The notes beneath the pieces are model-generated. The model searched no databases. It had not been told where the DNA came from and was given only the letters and a program-made list of their open reading frames with translations. From positions 107,012,001 through 107,076,000 of the forward strand of contig OZ024744.1 in assembly GCA_964016885.1 (NCBI GenBank): a stretch of DNA of 64,000 bases, in the 5' to 3' direction. Source of the stretch: Eledone cirrhosa. Taxonomy: Eukaryota. Shown here in pieces: positions 1 through 13,630 of the stretch. How positions within the stretch are numbered: the stretch's first letter is position 1; every line of letters starts with the position of its first letter. A program made the position numbers and the translations under genes.

Positions 1-485
1 GTGGGCAGTGTAGAGAAGATTATAGTGGGCAGTGTAGAGAAGATTATAGTGGGCAGTGTAGAGAACATTGTAGTGGGCAGTGTAGAGAACGGTGTAGTGG
101 GCATTGTGGTGGGCAGTGTAGAGAACATTGTAGTGGTAGTGAAGAGAGCATTGTGGAGGACAGTGTAGAGGATGATGTAGTGGGCAGTGTAGAGACCCCT
201 GTAGTGGACATTGTAGAGATTGTTGTAGTGGACAGTGTAGAGAACGTTGTAGTGGACAGTTAAGAGAACATTGTAGTGGGTAGTGTAGGGAACATTGTGG
301 TGGCCACTGTAGAGGGCATTGTGGTGGCCACTGTAGAGGGCATTGTAGTGGGCAGTGTAGAGAACATTGTACTGGACAGTGTAGTGGGCAATGTAGAGAG
401 GAGTGTAGTTGACAGTGTAGAGAACATTGTAGTGGACAGTGTAGAAAACGTTCTAGTGGGAAGTGTAGAGAAGAGTGTGGCGGGC
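1..485. repeat. Degenerate ~24-bp minisatellite (gtgggcagtgtagagaacattgta), truncated by window start
   Basis: Recurrent gtgg(g/a)cagtgtagagaac units at ~24-bp spacing; explains low-complexity ORFs 260-580 and 276-506. Confidence 0.85.
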
Positions 486-572
486 ATTAAATGTTCCACC
501 ATCTGACTTTTCTCGTTGTATAAAAAATATATAAGTATAAATACAAAGCCATAGACATGGCTGTGTGGTAGA

Positions 573-3500
573 GGGTACACTTTAGAACTACTGTTCTGGG
601 GTCAATCTCACTGTATAGTTAAAGGATACACTTTAGAACTACTGTTCTGGGGTCAATCTCACTGTATAGTTAAAGGATACACTTTAGAACTACTGTTCTG
701 GGGTCAATCTCACTGTATAGTTAAAGGATACACTTTAGAACTACTGTTCTGGGGTCAATCTCACTGTATAGTTAAAGGGTACACTTTAGAACTACTGTTC
801 TGGGGTTAATCTCACTGTATAGTTAAAGGGTACACTTTAGAACTACTGTTCTGGGGTCAATCTCACTGTATAGTTAAAGGGTACACTTTAGAACTACTGT
901 TCTGGGGTTAATCTCACTGTATAGTTAAAGGATACACTTTAGAACTACTGTTCTGGGGTTAATCTCACTGTATAGTTAAAGGATACACTTTAGAACTACT
1001 GTTCTGGGGTCAATCTCACTGTATAGTTAAAGGGTACACTTTAGAACTACTGTTCTGGGGTTAATCTCACTGTATAGTTAAAGGATACACTTTAGAACTA
1101 CTGTTCTGGGATCAATCTCACTGTATAGTTAAAGGATACACTTTAGAACTACTGTTCTGGGGTCAATCTCACTGTATAGTTAAAGGGTACACTTTAGAAC
1201 TACTGTTCTGGGGTTAATCTCACTGTATAGTTAAAGGATACACTTTAGAACTACTGTTCTGGGGTCAATCTCACTGTATAGTTAAAGGATACACTTTAGA
1301 ACTACTGTTCTGGGGTCAATCTCACTGTATAGTTAAAGGATACACTTTAGAACTACTGTTCTGGGGTCAATCTCACTGTATAGTTAAAGGATACACTTTA
1401 GAACTACTGTTCTGGGGTTAATCTCACTGTATAGTTAAAGGATACACTTTAGAACTACTGTTCTGGGGTCAATCTCACTGTATAGTTAAAGGATACACTT
1501 TAGAACTACTGTTCTGGGGTCAATCTCACTGTATAGTTAAAGGATACACTTTAGAACTACTGTTCTGGGGTTAATCTCACTGTATAGTTAAAGGATACAC
1601 TTTAGAACTACTGTTCTGGGGTCAATTTCACTGTATAGTTAAAGGATACACTTTAGAACTACTGTTCTGGGGTCAATCTCACTGTATAGTTAAAGGATAC
1701 ACTTTAGAACTACTGTTCTGGGGTCAATCTCACTGTATAGTTAAAGGATACACTTTAGAACTACTGTTCTGGGGTCAATCTCACTGTATAGTTAAAGGAT
1801 ACACTTTAGAACTACTGTTCTGGGGTCAATCTCACTGTATAGTTAAAGGATACACTTTAGAACTACTGTTCTGGGGTCAATCTCACTGTATAGTTAAAGG
1901 ATACACTTTAGAACTACTGTTCTGGGGTTAATCTCACTGTATAGTTAAAGGATACACTTTAGAACTACTGTTCTGGGGTCAATCTCACTGTATAGTTAAA
2001 GGATACACTTTAGAACTACTGTTCTGGGGTCAATCTCACTATATAGTTAAAGGATACACTTTAGAACTACTGTTCTGGGGTCAATCTCACTATATAGTTA
2101 AAGGATACACTTTAGAACTACTGTTCTGGGGTCAATCTCACTGTATAGTTAAAGAATACACTTTAGAACTACTGTTCTGGGGTCAATCTCACTGTATAGT
2201 TAAAGGATACACTTTAGAACTACTGTTCTGGGGTCAATCTCACTATATAGTTAAAGGATACACTTTAGAACTACTGTTCTGGGGTCAATCTCACTGTATA
2301 GTTAAAGGATACACTTTAGAACTACTGTTCTGGGGTCAATCTCACTGTATAGTTAAAGGATACACTTTAGAACTACTGTTCTGGGGTCAATCTCACTGTA
2401 TAGTTAAAGGATACACTTTAGAACTACTGTTCTGGGGTCAATCTCACTGTATAGTTAAAGGATACACTTTAGAACTACTGTTCTGGGGTCAATCTCACTG
2501 TATAGTTAAAGGATACACTTTAGAACTACTGTTCTGGGGTCAATCTCACTGTATAGTTAAAGGATACACTTTAGAACTACTGTTCTGGGATCAATCTCAC
2601 TGTATAGTTAAAGGATACACTTTAGAACTACTGTTCTGGGGTCAATCTCACTGTATAGTTAAAGGATACACTTTAGAACTACTGTTCTGGGGTCAATCTC
2701 ACTGTATAGTTAAAGGATACACTTTAGAACTACTGTTCTGGGGTCAATCTCACTGTATAATAAAGGATACACTTTAGAACTACTGTTCTGGGGTCAATCT
2801 CACTGTATAGTTAAAGGATACACTTTAGAACTACTGTTCTGGGGTTAATCTCACTGTATAGTTAAAGGATACACTTTAGAACTACTGTTCTGGGGTCAAT
2901 CTCACTGTATAGTTAAAGGATACACTTTAGAACTACTGTTCTGGGGTCAATCTCACTATATAGTTAAAGGATACACTTTAGAACTACTGTTCTGGGGTCA
3001 ATCTCACTGTATAGTTAAAGGATACACTTTAGAACTACTGTTCTGGGGTCAATCTCACTGTATAGTTAAAGGATACACTTTAGAACTACTGTTCTGGGGT
3101 CAATCTCACTGTATAGTTAAAGGATACACTTTAGAACTACTGTTCTGGGGTCAATCTCACTATATAGTTAAAGGATACACTTTAGAACTACTGTTCTGGG
3201 GTCAATCTCACTGTATAGTTAAAGGATACACTTTAGAACTACTGTTCTGGGGTCAATCTCACTGTATAGTTAAAGGATACACTTTAGAACTACTGTTCTG
3301 GGCTCAATCTCACTGTATAGTTAAAGGATACACTTTAGAACTACTGTTCTGGGGTCAATCTCACTGTATAGTTAAAGGATACACTTTAGAACTACTGTTC
3401 TGGGGTCAATCTCACTGTATAGTTAAAGGATACACTTTAGAACTACTGTTCTGGGGTCAATCTCACTGTATAGTTAAAGGATACACTTTAGAACTACTGT

Positions 3501-6305
3501 TCTGGGGTCAATCTCACTGTATAGTTAAAGGATACACTTTAGAACTACTGTTCTGGGGTCAATCTCACTGTATAGTTAAAGGATACACTTTAGAACTACT
3601 GTTCTGGGGTCAATCTCACTGTATAGTTAAAGGATACACTTTAGAACTACTGTTCTGGGGTCAATCTCACTGTATAGTTAAAGGATACACTTTAGAACTA
3701 CTGTTCTGGGGTCAATCTCACTGTATAGTTAAAGGATACACTTTAGAACTACTGTTCTGGGGTCAATCTCACTGTATAGTTAAAGGATACACTTTAGAAC
3801 TACTGTTCTGGGGTCAATCTCACTGTATAGTTAAAGGATACACTTTAGAACTACTGTTCTGGGGTCAATCTCACTGTATAGTTAAAGGATACACTTTAGA
3901 ACTACTGTTCTGGGGTCAATCTCACTATATAGTTAAAGGATACACTTTAGAACTACTGTTCTGGGGTCAATCTCACTATATAGTTAAAGGATACACTTTA
4001 GAACTACTGTTCTGGGGTCAATCTCACTGTATAGTTAAAGGATACACTTTAGAACTACTGTTCTGGGGTCAATCTCACTGTATAGTTAAAGGATACACTT
4101 TAGAACTACTGTTCTGGGGTCAATCTCACTATATAGTTAAAGGATACACTTTAGAACTACTGTTCTGGGGTCAATCTCACTGTATAGTTAAAGGATACAC
4201 TTTAGAACTACTGTTCTGGGGTCAATCTCACTGTATAGTTAAAGGATACACTTTAGAACTACTGTTCTGGGGTCAATCTCACTGTATAGTTAAAGGATAC
4301 ACTTTAGAACTACTGTTCTGGGGTCAATCTCACTGTATAGTTAAAGGATACACTTTAGAACTACTGTTCTGGGGTCAATCTCACTGTATAGTTAAAGGAT
4401 ACACTTTAGAACTACTGTTCTGGGGTCAATCTCACTGTATAGTTAAAGGATACACTTTAGAACTACTGTTCTGGGATCAATCTCACTGTATAGTTAAAGG
4501 ATACACTTTAGAACTACTGTTCTGGGGTCAATCTCACTGTATAGTTAAAGGATACACTTTAGAACTACTGTTCTGGGGTCAATCTCACTGTATAGTTAAA
4601 GGATACACTTTAGAACTACTGTTCTGGGGTCAATCTCACTGTATAATAAAGGATACACTTTAGAACTACTGTTCTGGGGTCAATCTCACTGTATAGTTAA
4701 AGGATACACTTTAGAACTACTGTTCTGGGGTTAATCTCACTGTATAGTTAAAGGATACACTTTAGAACTACTGTTCTGGGGTCAATCTCACTGTATAGTT
4801 AAAGGATACACTTTAGAACTACTGTTCTGGGGTCAATCTCACTATATAGTTAAAGGATACACTTTAGAACTACTGTTCTGGGGTCAATCTCACTGTATAG
4901 TTAAAGGATACACTTTAGAACTACTGTTCTGGGGTCAATCTCACTGTATAGTTAAAGGATACACTTTAGAACTACTGTTCTGGGGTCAATCTCACTGTAT
5001 AGTTAAAGGATACACTTTAGAACTACTGTTCTGGGGTCAATCTCACTATATAGTTAAAGGATACACTTTAGAACTACTGTTCTGGGGTCAATCTCACTGT
5101 ATAGTTAAAGGATACACTTTAGAACTACTGTTCTGGGGTCAATCTCACTGTATAGTTAAAGGATACACTTTAGAACTACTGTTCTGGGGTCAATCTCACT
5201 GTATAGTTAAAGGATACACTTTAGAACTACTGTTCTGGGGTCAATCTCACTGTATAGTTAAAGGATACACTTTAGAACTACTGTTCTGGGGTCAATCTCA
5301 CTGTATAGTTAAAGGATACACTTTAGAACTACTGTTCTGGGGTCAATCTCACTGTATAGTTAAAGGATACACTTTAGAACTACTGTTCTGGGCTCAATCT
5401 CACTGTATAGTTAAAGGATACACTTTAGAACTACTGTTCTGGGGTCAATCTCACTGTATAGTTAAAGGATACACTTTAGAACTACTGTTCTGGGGTCAAT
5501 CTCACTGTATAGTTAAAGGATACACTTTAGAACTACTGTTCTGGGGTCAATCTCACTGTATAGTTAAAGGATACACTTTAGAACTACTGTTCTGGGGTCA
5601 ATCTCACTGTATAGTTAAAGGATACACTTTAGAACTACTGTTCTGGGGTCAATCTCACTGTATAGTTAAAGGATACACTTTAGAACTACTGTTCTGGGGT
5701 CAATCTCACTGTATAGTTAAAGGATACACTTTAGAACTACTGTTCTGGGGTCAATCTCACTGTATAGTTAAAGGATACACTTTAGAACTACTGTTCTGGG
5801 GTCAATCTCACTGTATAGTTAAAGGATACACTTTAGAACTACTGTTCTGGGATCAATCTCACTGTATAGTTAAAGGATACACTTTAGAACTACTGTTCTG
5901 GGGTCAATCTCACTATATAGTTAAAGGATACACTTTAGAACTACTGTTCTGGGGTCAATCTCACTGTATAGTTAAAGGATACACTTTAGAACTACTGTTC
6001 TGGGGTCAATCTCACTGTATAGTTAAAGGATACACTTTAGAACTACTGTTCTGGGGTCAATCTCACTGTATAGTTAAAGGATACACTTTAGAACTACTGT
6101 TCTGGGATCAATCTCACTGTATAGTTAAAGGATACACTTTAGAACTACTGTTCTGGGGTCAATCTCACTATATAGTTAAAGGATACACTTTAGAACTACT
6201 GTTCTGGGGTCAATCTCACTGTATAGTTAAAGGATATACTTTAGAACTACTGTTCTGGGGTCAATCTCACTGTATAGTTAAAGGGTACACTTTAGAACTA
6301 CTGTT
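573..6305. repeat. 51-bp tandem satellite, ~112 copies, intronic to NEURL4
   Basis: Unit aaggatacactttagaactactgttctggggtcaatctcactgtatagtta; tttagaacta at 581 and 632 gives the period; very homogeneous. Confidence 0.98.
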
Positions 6306-6407
6306 GTGCCCACATCACGGCTGTGCCCCCATCATGTCTACGCGCACATCATGATTGTGCCCCCATCACGGCTGTGCCCCCCCATCATGGCTGCGCCCAT
6401 TTCATGG

Positions 6408-6440
<33 letters not shown>

Positions 6441-6502
6441 ATCACAGCTGTGCCTCCATCACAGCTGCGCCTCCATCATGGCTGTGCCCCCATCGTGGCC
6501 TC
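6306..6502. repeat. Degenerate ~18-20 bp repeat (ggctgtgcccccatcat) with internal (GT)n
   Basis: About 8 imperfect copies; (GT)n at ~6410-6439. Confidence 0.75.
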
Positions 6503-6555
6503 ATTCTGAAGACTGAAAAAAATCAGTAAAAGAATAATGGATAGTTATATCTTAC

Positions 6556-6910
6556 CAATCTGTCTAATGCTTTCATCCATTACAGTAACTTGGGCACATT
6601 TCCCATACATATCAACAACTGCATACACTTTGTTTGGAATGCCAGTGGCTGCAGGACCATGATCTACATCATTAATGAAGAAATGTAGAGCGCCTTGAGC
6701 AGTACGCATCACACCAATACGGTCACCTTCTGAAAGAATGTCCAAATCACAGCCATATTCTTCATTCAATGAATGACCATTTTTCAAAATACTGTTGCCA
6801 GACATCACCCATGTTCCTTCTCGAAAAGATGAAGCACTGACTGGAAAATTTAATGTTGTAGGATCACAGGTGGTAACACCCATTTCAATTGAACCACTCC
6901 ATGCATAAAC
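6556..6910 (-). CDS. NEURL4: NEURL4-like coding exon, C-terminal part of NHR domain 1
   Basis: Translation VYAWSGSIEMGVTTCDP...DLDILSEGDRIGVMRT...VYAVVDMYGKCAQVTV matches the NEURL4 first neuralized homology repeat; acceptor ttttcttCAG (6911-6920) phase 0, donor G|GTAAG at 6555 phase 1. Confidence 0.93.
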
Positions 6911-7170
6911 CTGAAGAAAATAATTGAAAAACTTTTTTAAAAAAAACAAAAAAACAAATAGAGAAGGCTCAGCATGGCCACAGTCCATGGACTGGAACAG
7001 GTAAATGGTAAAAGATTTAACAGGTAAAAGATTTAACTAAAAGACATGAACAAAACCAACCAACCTCCATGTTGTGAGTGTGTGTATGCATATACACATA
7101 CACAACACACACGCACATATGTATACACACATATATACATACATATATATATATTTATATACATATATAT

Positions 7171-7355
7171 CAGAATGGAGGCAGTAAAAACCAGTTAGAC
7201 CATTACTCACCAGAGTACTCGATACTTGAGGTAGTAGAGTGGGAAATATGAAAAAATTCAGGACCCTGACAGCTGATCGCCAGCTAGATCTGAACTCGGA
7301 TCTAGCTGTTGAAATCACCAGAGCTCAGCCGCCGTGGTCCTGAATTTTTATATAT
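7171..7355 (-). mobile_element. Fold-back PLE-like terminal element between TA tracts
   Basis: Arms aaaaattcaggacc / ggtcctgaattttt, central hairpin cagctagatc..gatctagctg; tail is the reverse complement of the tails at 21481 and 30370. Confidence 0.7.
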
Positions 7356-7539
7356 AATTAAAAGGTTATTAGTCCCTAATACTTGGACATCTAGATGAGT
7401 GGATAAAATATATATATATAAAATATCACTCAGAGAAGTAATTTAACATATTAAACACATGCCAAAATCTCAATTTAGGGCAATTTAAGGGAGTATAAGT
7501 CAGACTGACTAAAATAAATTAGACTTACTCATACAATCG

Positions 7540-7642
7540 TCTCCTTACCGTGGTTTCAAGAATAAAAGAAACAATATTAATTATTCTAAATCATTTGGAA
7601 CAACCAATATTGGAAGAACATTATTTTATTCATCAGGGGAGA
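7540..7642 (-). ncRNA. Hammerhead-like motif with long AT-rich stem II
   Basis: Minus strand: TCTCCC-CTGATGA-ataaaa...ttttattctt-GAAAC-CACG-GTA-AGGAGA; one mismatch at the base of stem I. Confidence 0.62.
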
Positions 7643-9516
7643 GTTCTTTGGAACAAGATGAGATATTGAATATAAAGAATACAGACTGTAGTGACCTACA
7701 TTCCGCGGGCTCACATACATTCTCTGTACGTGATTTGGCTCAATTCAGCCAATCAGCGCTAGTAGAAGAGGATGTATCCCTACGCGCCCTGAGGAAGAAA
7801 TTACCCGAAAAGATTTGAGGAATCTCTCTCTCGCACCAGGAACTTCGAACCAGCAATACGTACAATGTAACGGTGAGATTTTGCACCTTAGCCTGCCAGC
7901 TTTCCGGCGCAATGGCACATTCCCTTTTGTAACCTCTTTTTATGTGTAACTTCAACCATATAAGTTAACAAACATTGTTTGTGCTACATCAAAAATAAAC
8001 ATACATTTCATCTCTAATTTCTGCTGTTGAAATCATTATTATGTTACTCGTGTCTCAATGACATATATAAACCATGCTGCTGGAATTGGTGACCTGATGA
8101 AAGGAATATTGTAAATACAAAGATGGTAAATAGACGAGGGACCTTCCCTCACGTCTATGTCGACAAGACAATCCAACGAGGATACCATCATTTTACTACA
8201 CTGGCAACCATGACTATCATTCTGCTACAAGACCATTTCATTGCCAAAACTTTATGGTGTCTAACACATTGCTTTGTTGAACTACTAATGAACAAATCTC
8301 TCTATATATATTAGGACAATATGACAGCCTTATAATGACGCTAGAAATAGCAGCAAAAACCCATTTAAATTAACTCTACAATGAAGAAGTAGCTAATACC
8401 AATTAAACTGTCTCCAATACTTAGACATCATCATCATTATCATCAGTGTTTAATGTCTATCATCCACACTAGCATGGGTTTAGACATCTCTCTCTCTCTA
8501 TATATATATATTGAATACAATATTGTGTGTATATATATATACATGATATTGTATACAAGGTATCAAAGTGCTGAGGGGTTATGAAGTTTTAAAAAATGCA
8601 GTAAACAGAAAATAACTGTAAACATAGTTGGTTGATATAAATAATGACTTAGATAATTGAGTAAAATATCACGTCCATAGACAAAAAAAAAGAGCCATTT
8701 AGCTCAATGGTTAGAGCAATCAGCCTGTATCTATGTATTTAGTATGGTATATATTATGCCTATAGCATAGTATTTAGTATATACACCCCATTCTAAAGTT
8801 CCACATAGGGTCAGCAAAAAAAAAAAAGTTTACCTTAAAATACATTTTAAATTATTCATACATTCTTTTTTTGGTTCAATAATAATTGATTAAATTAGGG
8901 GCCAGAAAAGCCCTAATTATGCTAATTATCTACTGGAACCACTACATTTAGTGGCTATCAATAGCTATAAAATTAAATAGTTCACTGAGAATAGAAGTGG
9001 TTGTATGACTTTTATCTGCCCAAGTAGGGCCAAAACCAAGTCAACTCCTCTCAATAGAAGACAACGTATTAAATATATGTTTACATTTGTCAAAGTACCA
9101 CAGTGTTGGTTAAAAAATATTTTTTATAATTATATACAACATGCCTTGGAGCAGACAATCTCTGTAGTGATGGTGCCACTACAAAATATAATCGGTATTC
9201 TCCATGAAGTGGTTGACATTCAAATTCTTCAGTCAAGCCTCTATAGTGCAGGTACCATGATAAAATGCACACAGTAAAATGGTTAGTAATAAGAAGGACA
9301 TCATACTAACAAACATGGGTAGAACGAACCTGTCAGTCACATGAAAGACATGACAACTTCTCTAGTTCTAGTGCTACAATAAGGATTTTATCAAGGAAGT
9401 GGTTGTGCTTCATATGCAGAAAAAAAGTAGGTATGAACTCTATATGATGTACAGACTGTAAAACATGGATACACAAGAGATAGAGTAGAATAGCAGTCAT
9501 GATAAAGGATAAGGTA

Positions 9517-11757
9517 CCGTATATACTCGTGTATAGGTCGCACTTTTTTAACGATAAATAAGTATAAATTTTTGGCGTGCGACCTATCCGATCGACATCA
9601 GACTGACCAATGATGTTTCATAGACTTAATCAACGATGGGTATTTATAAAAATAACTTTGTTAATATTTTTTATTATTTAACATAATAATTTCATATATC
9701 TACCTTCTTATACATATATTTCTTGATTTTAAATTTTTTACTAAAACTTCGTAGTGTTTATGTTTTTTTCTATCTGACCGAACCATCCGTCATTAAAATC
9801 CATAGAAATGCATACCCGGTATTTAAAATGTGATTTCATTGTCTTAGCGTTGCTATGAACACGTATTGTGACGTATTTACTTTAACAGATTATTGCACGT
9901 GGCGTTTCTTTTCAAAATTAGCAAGTGAGAAAAGTTGATAGTTGAAATTTTTTTTATAATTCACTGAGAAATATGAATTCTGGTAAGAGAAAAAGTTATC
10001 AAACTGTTTTCAAGTTAAAGGTGGTTGGTTATGCAGAAGAATTTGGAAATAGATCAGCAGAAAGGGAGTTTGTAGTGTCAGAAAAGGTGGTGAGGGGTTG
10101 GAGGAAACAAAAAGACAAGCTGGGAGAAATGCCTAAATCTAAGAGAGCAGCAAGGTTTGGAGTATCACCATATCAAGATCTTGAAAAAGAGATAAATGAT
10201 TGGGTTTTAAATATCAGGGAAAATTGTTACAAGACTTTCTATAAGAACGAAAGCCCTTCAACTTGCACCAAAGTACCACTTATCCCAATTTAAATCGTCA
10301 GCAGGGTGGTGCACCAGGTTTATGAATAGGTTTGGACTGACTCTTCGCCAAAAGACACATATTGCACAAAAGCTGCCAAAAGATATTTATGAAAAAGTAC
10401 ACAATTTTGTAAAATTTGTGTTAAAGGAAAGAAAAATGTTTGATTTTGCCATTGAGACTATAGCCGACATGGAGGAACACCCATGTACTTTGACATGCCA
10501 GACAACACAACTGTGGATAGTGTAGGTAACAAAACTGTTACAGTCAAAACCACAGGTCATGAAAAACAACATTTTACTGTTGTTCTAGCATGCCAAGCTG
10601 ATGGAAAAAAACTTTGCCCTGTGGTTATTTTCAAAAGGAAAATTATGCCGAAAGAGAATTTTCCAAGCGATGTGATTGTGAAGGTACATCCGAAGGGCTG
10701 GATGGACGAGAACTTAACAAAGTTATGGCTTGATGAAGTGTGGATGAAAAGGCCATGGGCATTACTGAAACCACAAAGTTTGCTAGTTTGGGATATGTTT
10801 CGATCTCACTGCTGTGAGTCTGTAAAGGCTAAGCTGAAGGATTGTAAAACAAGACAAGCAGTGATTCCTGGTGGTTGCACCCCTTGATGAGGCAATAAAT
10901 AAACCCTTCAAGGCTTATATCCGTAAACTCTGGACTCCTTGGATGATATCAGGTGAAAAAGAAATTACCAAAGGTAGATCATTGAAAAGACCTGGCTTAA
11001 GATTAGTGGTGGAGTGGGTGAAGGAGGCTTGGGAAAGTATCCCCGAAGAGCTAATAATGAAGGCTTTCAAAAAATGTGGCATATCAAATGCAATGGACGG
11101 GACTGAAGACGATGTGTTATATGAGGATTTAGTTGGTGAAAAGACAGAAAATGCAGAGAGTGATGAGGGAGATGATATTGAAGAATGTGAAGATGAATTG
11201 AATGACTATTATAACGAATGCACAGTTACAGATGAAGAAATGAAAAAACTATTAATTAACAGGTATTAAAAGTAATAACTTTATGGATAAACACAAAAAT
11301 TTAAACTTTATCTGCCTTACTTGTTAGATTTGTTGCAAAAAAATTCAATAATGACCTAGATGTTGACTTCCATCCATTCTAGCAGTTTTCCGAACAGGTG
11401 AATTAATTAAAAATGCAGATATAATCAGTACAACGTTAAAAAACACGTGTTATTTTAAGTTGTTTCACTATATTAAGAGTTAATTTTCGCGCTTAAAGGC
11501 TTTATCTCGCAGTAATCGCGAATTGACGAAATTTCGATGACGTTAATGTTTATTTTATAAATAAAACATGGTTTGGAGTATATATCGCAACGGTGAAGTA
11601 ATGGAAAGCTAACAGATTATTAGTTTCAATTATCATAAAAGACGGCCCAAATTTCAGTGTGACCTATCTGCGAGTCAATGGCAAATAGCCTATTTGTTAA
11701 ATGAAAAGTGGGTATGCAACCTATCTGCCGGGGTGACCTATACGCGAGTATATACGG
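9517..11757 (+). mobile_element. Full-length decayed pogo-family DNA transposon (POGK/Passer-like), 2241 bp
   Basis: TIRs ccgtatatactcgtgtataggtc / gacctatacgcgagtatatacgg; TA on both sides (9515-16, 11758-59); subterminal acctatc repeats; internal transposase remnant. Confidence 0.95.
9973..11269 (+). pseudogene. Frameshifted pogo transposase (Brinker-like DBD, CENP-B HTH, DDE_1)
   Basis: Four ORF pieces with KRKSY..FKLKVV..W.KQ, MNRFGLTLRQKT, MYFDMP..KTTGHEK..FTVVL..ADG.KL, GWMD, LLVWD, IPGGCT..PLD, FKKCGISN. Confidence 0.92.
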
Positions 11758-11814
11758 TACACCTTTTAAGAACACCAGTGAAATAAACTTTTCCCAATTC
11801 AGGTTGAAGCTGTG

Positions 11815-12354
11815 GAGAAGGTAGCTCTGAAAGCTTAGTAGCTAGAATAAGAACAGACTGGTAAAAGGTCTAGGGACCTGCCACTTCTGTTGACATCAAA
11901 GGTTATCTCTCTATAAGCAAAGGGTCGATTGTATGTTACCTGTGTATGTAGTGTAATATTGTGTGACGGCTGGAGAGAAATGAAGCAAGCATGCTCCGTT
12001 GGATGTGCAATGTCAATGTGCATTAACAACCAAGCATAGATGAGTTGAGAGAGAAACTGTGTATAAGAGGGATAAGTTGTGGTGTGCAGGAGAGAAGACT
12101 GAGATGGTATGGACATGTGATGCGCATGGAAGATGACCCGCTGGGTAAAGAAGTGCCAAGAAATGCCAGTTGAAGGAAGACGTAGTAGAGGAAGACCACA
12201 AAAAAAATGGGCAGAGGTGGTGAGAGCAGACCTCAGATCGCTGAAGCTCACGGAGATGACGAAGGACCGTCACAAGTGGAGAGATGCTGAATAGGACCCG
12301 TCCCACCTTTGCAAGCAGGGAAAAGTGAATGTAAAATGATGATGATGATGATGA
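11815..12354 (+). mobile_element. RTE-clade LINE 3' fragment ending in (GAT)n
   Basis: Decayed MLRWMC..ERRLRWYGHVMRMEDD..GRRSRGRP; tail tttgcaagcagggaaaag..aaaatgatgat. Confidence 0.85.
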
Positions 12355-13533
12355 TACTGAGACATGGGCAACAATTGCAGAGAATATGTGAAGGCTGGAA
12401 AGAAACAAGTTCTGCATACTCCATCGGATGTGTCATGTTAATATGTATGGATGAATAGATGTTGAGAGATAAACTGGGTGTATGATATGGCATGTTGGAG
12501 AGATGGTTTGGATATGTGATGAGTATGGGTAATGTTTGTTGGGTGAAGAAATGCCAGGTGTTCCCCAAATTAAAAGGAAGATAAGGTAATCTTTAAAAAG
12601 AAAGAATATGATGCCTGATGTCTATGTGATAGAATGACTTTATTTTGTCTATTAACCTAAACCTAGAGGTAGTCATTTCATAGTCTTCAGTTAGACATAA
12701 ATTACATTGGATCCTACCACGTTTATATGGTTTAGCAGAATTAACAATGGAATACTTTAGAGAGTATCTGAAATTGGATTTATTTAAATTTCAAATGAGG
12801 TGTGCGAGAGAAGTCAAAATTTTCATTTTTTTTCATTTTTAAAAGAATGTAAATGTGAATTATACCACTGCTTAAATGGGGTAGATGTAGCTCCAATATA
12901 ATGATCAGTGCTACATGGAGATTTATATCAGATATTTTTTTAGATAACGATTATTTTTCTTAAAAGAAGGCTCAACTGCAGTATTTCTCTAGGAATAGTA
13001 AGTATCGGATGAATAGTAAGTATCAGATGTATTCAGTTCATGGTTAGAAGTATTACTATTTTTCACCTCATTATTTATGTAGGATCTATTATTTATGTAG
13101 GATCTAAAATTAGTTGTGTTTAGTATTTTGATCATTTAGGGTTCCATAATAAGGTTTTTATAAGTAAACAGATATAATGTGCCTAGTACAATTACTTCTA
13201 TATTTATAATTAGCTCTACTAGAAAATTCAACATTACTGTCAAGACATATAATTTTATGGAAACAGTAAGCAAAAATTATTCGAAATAAAACTTTTTTTA
13301 CTACATATTTAAATTAGGGACTGTTTTCAATCATTGTTGGAATCTCCCCAGCAACCTAATACACTTCTCTTATAGTCCAAGACAATACTGTATAAATCAG
13401 GTACATAGATTTACATAAATGATGCATTCTTGGGAGTTAGTTTGACCACTCACAGAAAGACAACAGGATTTAAGCTGCCGAGTGAAGGCCGCGGGTGTAA
13501 CTGGACATTTGGAAACTCTGCTTCATAGAATCG

Positions 13534-13630
13534 AGACGTATCTGAGGATCTTGCGATTTCAGAGTCAGGTTTGATCATTGCATTGATCGTGCCTCGAGCT
13601 GGTCGCCAGAGAAACGATTGTAATATGTCT
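13534..13630 (+). ncRNA. Type I hammerhead ribozyme with long stem II
   Basis: AGACGTAT-CTGAGGA-TCTTGCGAT...GTCGCCAGA-GAAAC-GATT-GTA-ATATGTCT: 8-bp stem I, intact core, GUA cleavage site after 13622. Confidence 0.82.

Noticed and set aside
260-580. Mucin-like Thr/Ser ORF on the minus strand as a NEURL4 exon
   Set aside because: Explained by the 24-bp minisatellite; no NHR similarity and no convincing acceptor. Not fully excluded without RNA data.
573-6305. CRISPR-like array (also considered for the 45-mer with its hairpin)
   Set aside because: Head-to-tail units without unique spacers, no cas genes, eukaryotic context.
6911-6988. N-terminal extension of ORF 6545-6988 (and C-terminal extension of ORF 34583-34909)
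   Set aside because: Read-through into intron: polypyrimidine tract and splice sites delimit the true exons.
7740-7955. PLE GIY-YIG coding remnant upstream of the 7540 hammerhead
   Set aside because: Translation shows no GIY-YIG or RT motifs; it may be non-coding element sequence.
8088-8200. Hammerhead at CTGATGA 8094
   Set aside because: A hairpin follows, but no GAAA-NUH or stem I partner was found.
8692-8728. tRNA gene (tagctcaatggttagagca)
   Set aside because: Only a 5' half/A box; no T arm, B box or acceptor partner.
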